A stretch of DNA of 27,917 nt from a virus (Duplodnaviria; Caudoviricetes), in the IMG/VR virus record IMGVR_UViG_3300017774_002294, positions 1 to 27,917 of that record. One strand, given 5' to 3'. Shown piece by piece: positions 1-9,000 of this stretch. Position numbers and translations under genes: made by a program. A model generated the notes under the pieces. The model was not told where the DNA came from, made no database searches, and was given only the letters and a program-made list of their open reading frames with translations. Each line of letters opens with the position of its first letter. The stretch's first letter is position 1.

Positions 1-1
1 C

Positions 2-3000
2 AAGATTAGCCAGACTTTCTGACATTGTATTGTAAATATATTGATGGAAGGTTGATGTATGTACCGACCCAACCATTTTTCTACCCAGGTGTTCATGGAA
101 AGGACCATAATAGGCTGTTCCGTTTACATATCCAACCAATTGACTTATAACCGATGATCCGGAACTATTACTTGACATTTCACTATCTGCCATTAATGAT
201 CCGTCTGGCATATAATGATAACCTTCAGGAGCGGCTTTCCTTGATACAATATCCGAGGACGACAGCATTTGATAATTAAATTCCTTTATTGTGGTGCTGC
301 CTGGAATAGGTGTATTTGATGTGTTTCGGAAGTAGATTTTCAGTCTATAGATGCAGTTATTGTTTGGAATTTGAATTCCTTGGTAGGCAAAAGACCCACC
401 AAACACTCCTCTACCTAAACTTACAGCACCTGGCTCTGACAATGGATGTTGCGGATTTATAAACGGATAGGTGATTTTAACCGAGGTTGCGGAAGTGGGC
501 ATTGGGCCCACAGAAGCCATCTGATACTCTTTGCCTGTTTGATCCACGATAAACAGATCAGCCCACATGCTGATTGCAGAATAGTAACTCAGGTAAAGTA
601 GACTTGAAAGACCAGCGGAACTGCCTGTTTCCACGGTAACTCCTTCAACATTTACAAAAATTTCTCTGCTATTAGGATAACTGTTCACGATATAATTAGA
701 ATCTGTACTCCAATCTGCCGTATCAACATTCGTTGCATTAACAGAGATGGCTTTCACCTGTGGTACTGGTGGGGCTTGAACATCCTGATTGTTACAGTTG
801 AATTCAGGGCCAACAGGCATCTCAAAGAATGAACGCAGGGTAATCTTGCGGAAGTCTGAATAAGAGACTTTCTTACCAGGATTGGTTATTTCTAGGATAT
901 CTGAACCGTTATCTCCTGTCTCACCGCTTGTTGATCCAGTTGCTCCATCAGAGATGCAACCACAATCCACCACACAGTATTGATGATTCAACCGATAATC
1001 TGCGCTGCAATCTATAGGCAAGCACTGTCCACAATTTGTGTACTCTTCTTGAGTTATGCAATCTACACAGAAATCGCAGCCATCACCAACGCATCCATTG
1101 GCTACGCAAACATCACAGTTAATGGTTGGTGTGCAACCACAATCATAGCAGAATTGATGGTTAACATTATACTGATCGTCGCAGTCGGCAGGTGTGCACT
1201 GACTGCACAGCAAGTACCGAGACTGACAACCGCAATCTATACAGAACTGATGGTTGATTGATGAGGTGAAATCACAATCTCCCTGCAAACATTGATTGCA
1301 ATTTGTGTACTTTCCTACACCATCGGTTTCACGACACTCTGAGCATTCGGTTCTGCAACGAATACCATTGCAGTTGTTACGAACACACTCGTCACACAGA
1401 ACCGAGGTTGGTACACAACCGCAGGTGTTTCGGCAGAAATCGGTATTGATTGTTACGGAATCGCAATCCAACTGAGTGCATTCTGAGCAGTTTGTGTAAA
1501 TATCTGCACAACCACAATCCACACAGAATTGATAGTTAACACCACCTGTTGCACCACAATCTTCTGTAGTGCATTGATTACATCTGCTATAACGCTCTAC
1601 ACATCCATTGCAGTTATAGCAACCTGAGCAACCTGCACAATCAAAACTACCTGTTATGGTAAAACAATCATAAATTTGAGAGCAGCAAGAGCATCCTGTG
1701 CAACTAGGTTCTACTATAACTGGAGCACATCCTGTGCACGAGAAGCATCCTGAGCATCCTGCACAGTCGTATAGTCCTGTTACAACATTAAAACAAGGTA
1801 CACCTTCCCATTCCGAGCAACGAGCGCATCCTGTTGGGCCAGCAGAAACTCCTGTTACGCCGCAACCTGTACATCCACCAAATCCTGAGCATCCTGCACA
1901 GTCGTATAGTCCTGTGTAAGTGTTCCAGCATCTTAGACTTCCGCTTCCACAGCATTGTCCGCCCGAGCAAGTTGGGCCTGTTACAGGACATCCTGTGCAT
2001 TGCCAGCAACCTGAGCAACCTTCACAATCGTAGCCTGAAGGAATGTTCATAGTGTAGCATGGATTTACTTCAGAACAACGAGCGCATCCTGTGGCTGGTG
2101 CTGTTATTCCACAACCCGTGAAACCAAAGCAACCCGAGCATCCTTCACAATCCTTCAATCCTGTTATACGATTGAATCCGCCAGTCATGCAACAATCGCA
2201 TCCAACACATCCACCTGTTACAGGACATCCTGTGCATGAGAAGCATCCTGAGCAACCTTCACAGTCATATATTCCTGTTACAATATTGTAGCAACCGCCT
2301 GTTACACTTGTTGAGCAGCATCCGCAGCCTGTGCAAGAAGTTGCTCCTGTGATAGAGCAGCCTAAGCAGCCGTAACAACCTGAGCATCCTCGGCAATCAT
2401 AGAATCCATCAATTGTGAAGCATGGGTTTTCTTGACTGCATAGAGCGCATCCTGTTAGACTTCCTGTTATGCCGCAACCTGTGCAACCATTGAATCCTGA
2501 GCATCCTGCACAATCGTATAGTCCTGTTACAATATTGTAACATAGAGTTCCGTTACCTGTTGTTCCGCAGCATGCTGTACTACCTCCTGCACCTGTGCAA
2601 GAAGTTGCTCCTGCTGACACACCAGTGATACCACAACCTGTACATCCAAAGCAACCCGAGCATCCTTCACAATCGTAAAGATTTGTAGCCTTGTTGAAGC
2701 AGCCGCCTGTGCAGCATTCGCAACCAACACATGGAGTTACGGTTGTGCAGCCTTGGCATCCAAAGCAACCCGAGCATCCTTCACAATCATAGATTCCACT
2801 TAAAGTCCAGCAAGGAACATCCGAACGGCATAGATTGCATCCTGTTGCTCCAGTTGGGCCCTTAGGACATCCTGTGCAACCAAAGCAACCTGAGCAACCC
2901 ACACAATCGTAGATGCCATCTACGGTATAGCACTTGTTTACAGAACTGCATAGAGCACATCCTGTTGCAGGAGCAGTTATTCCACATCCTGTGCAACCAA

Positions 3001-6000
3001 AGCAACCTGAGCATCCTTCGCAATCAAGCAATCCTGTCATTATGTTTAGACATGGGATACCAGGATGGCAAGAATCGCATGGATCAGCAGGAATTACTTC
3101 ACAGCCTGTGCAACCACCAAATCCTGAGCATCCTTCGCAATCATAGACTCCAAGGAATGTGTTCCAGCATTGATTTCCTGCTGTCAAAGAACCACAGCAA
3201 TTTGCACCGCTGCATGTTGGGCCTGTTGGTGCTGGACATCCCAAGCAACCAAAGCAACCTGAGCAGCCGTTACAATCATACAAACCATCTAAAGTGTAGC
3301 AACTAGATTGGCAGCAACCACAACCTGTGCAACCACCTGTTGCTGGTGGATTATAAATGTAGGCTTTATCAATTTCAGTATAAATCACAGGAACAAGTCC
3401 CATGTCTATAACTTTCTTAATTTCTGCACCTCTAGCCAAATCTCGTTCGTGTTGCTTTCTTGGATCTCCACCGAATCCCCGAATTGCAGGATCCGTTGAG
3501 TTATACCAATTCATGCCAACCCAAGTTTCGTGATTGGGTGTTAGGTAGTCACCCAAGCCAAACGATCCATTAATTTTCACGCTTCCATTTGTATTATAAT
3601 AATCCAAGAATGTTGGACGACGGCGGTGGTTATAATCTGGATTTCTACTTTCAGTTATGTACTTAATCTCATTTTCAAATGTCGCAAGAATTCCTGCATC
3701 ATAATTTTGTAGCGTATTTGCGTCAATGCCACCCACAGCATTTGATGGATTCCATGAATCCAAACCAATCATTCCTTTAGCAATGCCTCTAGTATTTTGT
3801 GTGATTTCCCAAACAGTTTGAACTTGGGTCATTAACAAATCACCATTATCATAATTTGTGGAACTCATAGGATAGTAAGTTCCGCCAAATCCTGTTTGAT
3901 AGTAAGGACTATTACCAAACCAGAAACCTACTCTCTTGTTATCATCAAGAACATCAATCATATCCTTGAGAAGAGTGTATGCATTATCCATATTGTTAAC
4001 TACAACAGAAGTTGGTCCTGTTGGTGGTGTGTATACTTGATTTGGTTCAGTCCAATGAGATACTGCTCTAACAGGATATCCACCAAGAATTGAGGTTCCT
4101 TCATAGGTTCCTGTATTATTAAACGGCATTCCAGATGGAAGCCAAATCATTGCACGATCCCAACCACGATTTTCTAGTTGGTTCTTTACATACGATACCA
4201 CACCTGTGTACCCAACAGTATTTGGATAACCGCCTGCAAGGATATAATTTGTTGTAGTCTTATCCCATCCGTATGGATTATAATTTGAAGCAGTTGGGCT
4301 TGGATTTACAAGTTCCGAGTATGCAAGAACAATTCCTCTAACTGGTCTATAATCCACAGAATATCTAACAGGCCCATACTTTGTATCAAGATAGTTCTTA
4401 TAAGGCGACATGGTTTCAAGTGCAGCGGCATTTTGCAAATCATCTTGCTGCTGACCTTGATCTAGTATAAACGAATTATCAGATAAGTTGAAGTTTGGTA
4501 AAGTATTGAACTTGATAGCAACCTTGTAAGTTTTGCTTGCTCCTGAATTTAGTGTTGCCACACCATTTGCAGGCATTTGGCTTTCATTATAGGTCGCAAT
4601 TTGAAAACTATACTTATCTTGATATGCTTTGTATTTTGTGTTTGCAAGAGTTGTATTTGATGATAAGAATAATTTCTTGGTTGAAGAATCGTAATTTTTC
4701 TTAGTAAAAGATGTACACTCTTGTTTAGTTGTTAGCCAAATACCTGTTTCGCTTGCACCAAGAGTAGTTGTTACTCCATCAATATCAATAACATCAACTG
4801 CGGATCGGTTAACACTTATACGAAAAATATTTTGATTTTGATTGGCACTCAAGCAACCACTAACCACAAAATGTGTGTTGTATTCTAGTTTTTGGTTTGA
4901 AACATCTAGAGTATTGTAAATTCTTTGGTTTGTAATATTATTTACAGTATCAATAGCATCATGGAAATACTTGTCGTCTGCTGCCACGGCGGAGAAAGCA
5001 TTCCAGTACAATAATAGTTCTGGATTATGCAATAATATGTGATACACATTTTCTCTCCAATATTCGTTGTGGAGAATTACATTTCCACCAAATGCATTAG
5101 AACCATAATACTTAATAGACGCTACCCATACTTGTAAACCTTTACCATCAATCTTTCTATTTCTATCGGTTGCTCTAAGTTTTTGTTGACTAACTAACAA
5201 TCCACTCCAAGGAGTTATACCAAAAGGAGTAGATGGTGATGAATTAAAATCAAGTCTTGTTGCGTCTTGAGAATAAACTTGATATACGGTTCCTACCAGC
5301 GAAACTTCTCCGTACAAGTGAGGGGCTACCGAATTTCCTACATCCGCATTGAAATATTCTCTATGTCCATTCAAATCTGACACATAATCTGTTTCATCTA
5401 TCCGAATATTATCATAGTTTGAAATTCTAGCAGCAGAGTATCTGCTTGTAATTGGAGATGTAAAAAATTCATCAATATAGTAAGCAGCCAATCCTGTCAT
5501 TACGGAATTCCACAACTTATATCCACCAGATGCTCCCATAGCAAGATCCGCCCCACCTACATTACTGAATTGTGAGGTGGTGTATCCTGCTCCAAGTTTC
5601 AATTGTGTTTTGAGTGAACCGTAAACTGAAGCATTTCCTGCCGTTAAACTGTCTGAGCGTGGATCGCTCAATATGTAATTCATGTGATCCACAATTTGTC
5701 TTGTTGTGGTATCAGATGTACTCTTTCTTAGCCAATTGCTCCAAACTATTGCAGGATTATTTTCATTCTCTAACACAAAGTATTGAGCAGAACCGCCAAT
5801 TGCCGAATATTCTGACAGCCATGTATCCCAAGATGTCTTTGCTCGGGCAGCGGAATTGTCCAACCAAGGCGAAATAAATCTTTGAGTTCCACCATAAGAG
5901 CCAGTTCTACCAGCAACTTCTCGTGGGTCATTGATGTCTGCTGTAACAAAATTACCTGAAGCATCGCGGCAAGCATCACCCGTATTATAAACATTATCTA

Positions 6001-9000
6001 AAGTTATGCCTTGACCCAACCAGTACTCATCAGTAAAAACAGTACCCAAATATCTTGGTTGAATTACTCTTCTGTTTGCAGGAATTGAAGACAAGAAATT
6101 CTTTGCAGAAGTTGCTCCAGTAATTGCTTCATCAAATTGTGGGCTTGACGACAATCTGCCTGTAATTGCAAACATTGTTGTAATATGAGTTGTTCCGGTT
6201 GCTCCTCCATAAGTTGGAGTAACCCAAGACGCAGCCCATTTAGATGTTTGTGTTGCTGTGGTTGGCGTTACTTTGCTACTATAATTTGAATCGGTGACAA
6301 CATCAAAACTTGTTGTTCTTAGAGCAACCGAAGGATAATCTTGTGGAGGATACACAACCATACTCACATCATGCTTATCGCTGATTGGAGAGTAATCTAG
6401 AAGAGACACACCAACAGCAAAATTATTACCCACACAGCAGTCACCACTAAACTTAGTTTTTACTAAGTGAACTGGTGAATACACATTGCTTGGATAATTT
6501 GCAGACCACACACTATCATTTCTATTGAATGTGGTGTACTTGCCAGCACCATTAACAGATGATCGTGTATCATAATAATCTATTGAATCTCCCAAATTCA
6601 TTGGTGGGAGATCGGGCCATTCCATATTCTTTGTTACAGAACAGTTGTTGGTATACCTATAGGTTATTATAAGTGAATTATCCGATTCAATTGATATACC
6701 TGTAATTTCTGGTTTGATTGACTCGCTAGTACAATCAACGGTAGATTTTTGTGGTCTCCAATTGTTTACAATAATACGATTTCCTGGACCGTAAATTACC
6801 CAAGCATCAATAACACCGTTGTATTCAATTCGGAAATCGCCGCCTAAGCCTTGATTGTACAGGCTGTTCCAGCGGGTTAGAGCGGCTTCTTGTTGAACAA
6901 GAGTAATCCTATCTACAAGTTCCCATACCCGATCTCGTTCCGCACGAGTTGTTCTTCGGAAATCGCCGCTAACTTGTCCTTGAGATTGAAGTTCAAAGGT
7001 TGCACCACGAGCACCAAACGAAATGATATCACCAGGATTAAACATTGATGACCATTTGGGACGCTGATTTACATATGCAGGATCATTTTGTCCACCAATT
7101 GAACGCAAGTATGCGTCTGTTGCAGCAGGATTTGTTGCTCCATAACTTGTGGGATACGCAGCATTTCCGCTTGTCAATCCGTGAGTGACTCCATCAATAA
7201 GACCGTTTGGAAACCACAAACTCATGTCGTTACCTTCGGCTTGGTCAAATACCGGTCTACCTACAAAGAAGTAGGGTTCTACAGCAATTTCAAGTTGTGA
7301 TGGATCGCCTGCAACAGGTCTAACTGCTTTCACATAACCAATTCTATCTGCCGTATTCCATCCTTTATCTGTATAAGATGTGCCGTCAGAATATGAGAAT
7401 ACTGTGGATGATCCTGTTAGAGAATTAAACAGAGGGTTAGAAATAATAGCACCCTCAACTTTAACTCCGGCACGATAACGCGGTCCTCTTCCTGGTCTTA
7501 CATTTCGGTGATTAAATGCAAATGTAGTTCCTTTAACCATTCCTACGGGAATACTTGATGTACCGTCATTTGAAGTTGCCTTGACTCGGAAATTAAATTC
7601 TTTGAGTCTTGACCATTCTAGCAGATTGGTTGAAGGATCAAAGAATGTTGGGAAACTATTCTTAAGGTACGAATACTTTTCAGGCTTTGTAAAATTGTAT
7701 TGTGCGTGTGTTTGTCCAGTAACTCCATCCAAATACGCTTGATACGCAATGATATTCTTTCTCGCATGGTACATGGTGGAGATGGTTTCTAGTCGTGCGG
7801 GTGCAGATGCTGTAGGCCATCTTGGAGCAAAGTTTCCACCATGATACGGATTACCTGCGTGAGTTCCTCCTGATACCACCCATGCAACTCTTGGCTTTCC
7901 ATCAGCACCAGCAATATGATATCCGCCTGTTGGTGCACCAGGTTTGATATCTTCTCCGCCTGTCCAATCCCAATACGGTTCGTAACCGTAAGGAATAGTT
8001 AGCGGATTAGGACGCCATCCAGTCAAATTACCGCTTGCATCATACTCTTCAATTACGCGAGGATACGGTGTGCTAGAAGCAGTAACCCATTTGTTGGTAT
8101 AGGTATCATCGCCAGTCCAAACATAAAATCCGTGAACAGAACCTTTAGGATTACCACTTAAAGACGGATCAATATAATACTCTACAAATTGAGCAGGAGT
8201 CAAGAATGAAATATCTTGGAGAGAATCTAGGTTACTTGCGGGATAACCACCGTCACCACTCCCAAGAGTAAATACTTTATTACTGATGAATGGAACAATT
8301 AGTTTATCATCAAGACCAGTTTCTTCAAAAATCTGCTTACGCCACTTTACCATCTCGCTTATACACAGATTTTGTAGTGCTTTTTCTACCTTTACATCTG
8401 CTGTTGCGATATAAAATGAAGGCATCCATACCTTTGCGGCTTTAGCGAACTGATACCATTTTTCTTTCCACAATTTAAGAGCAAAGTTTCTGTTTACACC
8501 AGTCATACCATTCCAAACAGTTGTGGCATCATTATTCCATATTATATTCATGCCTCGTGGTTGAACAGGATCGTTTGGATCTATAGACACTCTTCCGTCC
8601 CAACGACAATCAGGACAGGTTGGGGATGGAACATATGAGGTATATGTCATACCTTTGGTATTTGTTTTTGTTTCACCTTTGGAACTTCGGGCATCGGTGC
8701 TAAGTCCAGGATAATCTGTGTAATACTTTATGTTTCTAGGACAAGGAGGTGGATGTCCGTATGATCCAAGCGAAGCATTTGGGAAATACTCTTCAAGTCC
8801 TCCGAAAGTGGTTCCGTCTGGATTAATTCCACCCTTCCAAATGGGACTTAGTACTTTTTGCATGATGAAATTAACTTTAGAACCAGGATCATCTGGATTT
8901 ATAATTCCCTCAGATTCGGCAATAATAGCATCCCAACTCTCAAGATTTGTAGTCAAAACTTCGCTATAGTCTGTGGTGTATGCGTCTTTACCAGTTCTAG

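Noticed and set aside
1583-3331. Regularly spaced ~30-nt repeats resembling a CRISPR array
   Set aside because: Repeats are degenerate mainly at third codon positions, spacing varies in multiples of 3, the intervening segments are too long and related to each other, and no cas genes are present.
956-3331. Diversity-generating retroelement template/variable repeat pair
   Set aside because: No reverse transcriptase in the window, and no long repeat pair differing only at adenines was seen.
980-3499. Short plus-strand ORFs with HPEHPAQS / QPEHPSQS repeats, and short minus-strand ORFs in other frames
   Set aside because: They are antisense or off-frame shadows of the Cys-repeat region of the continuous gp7 frame.
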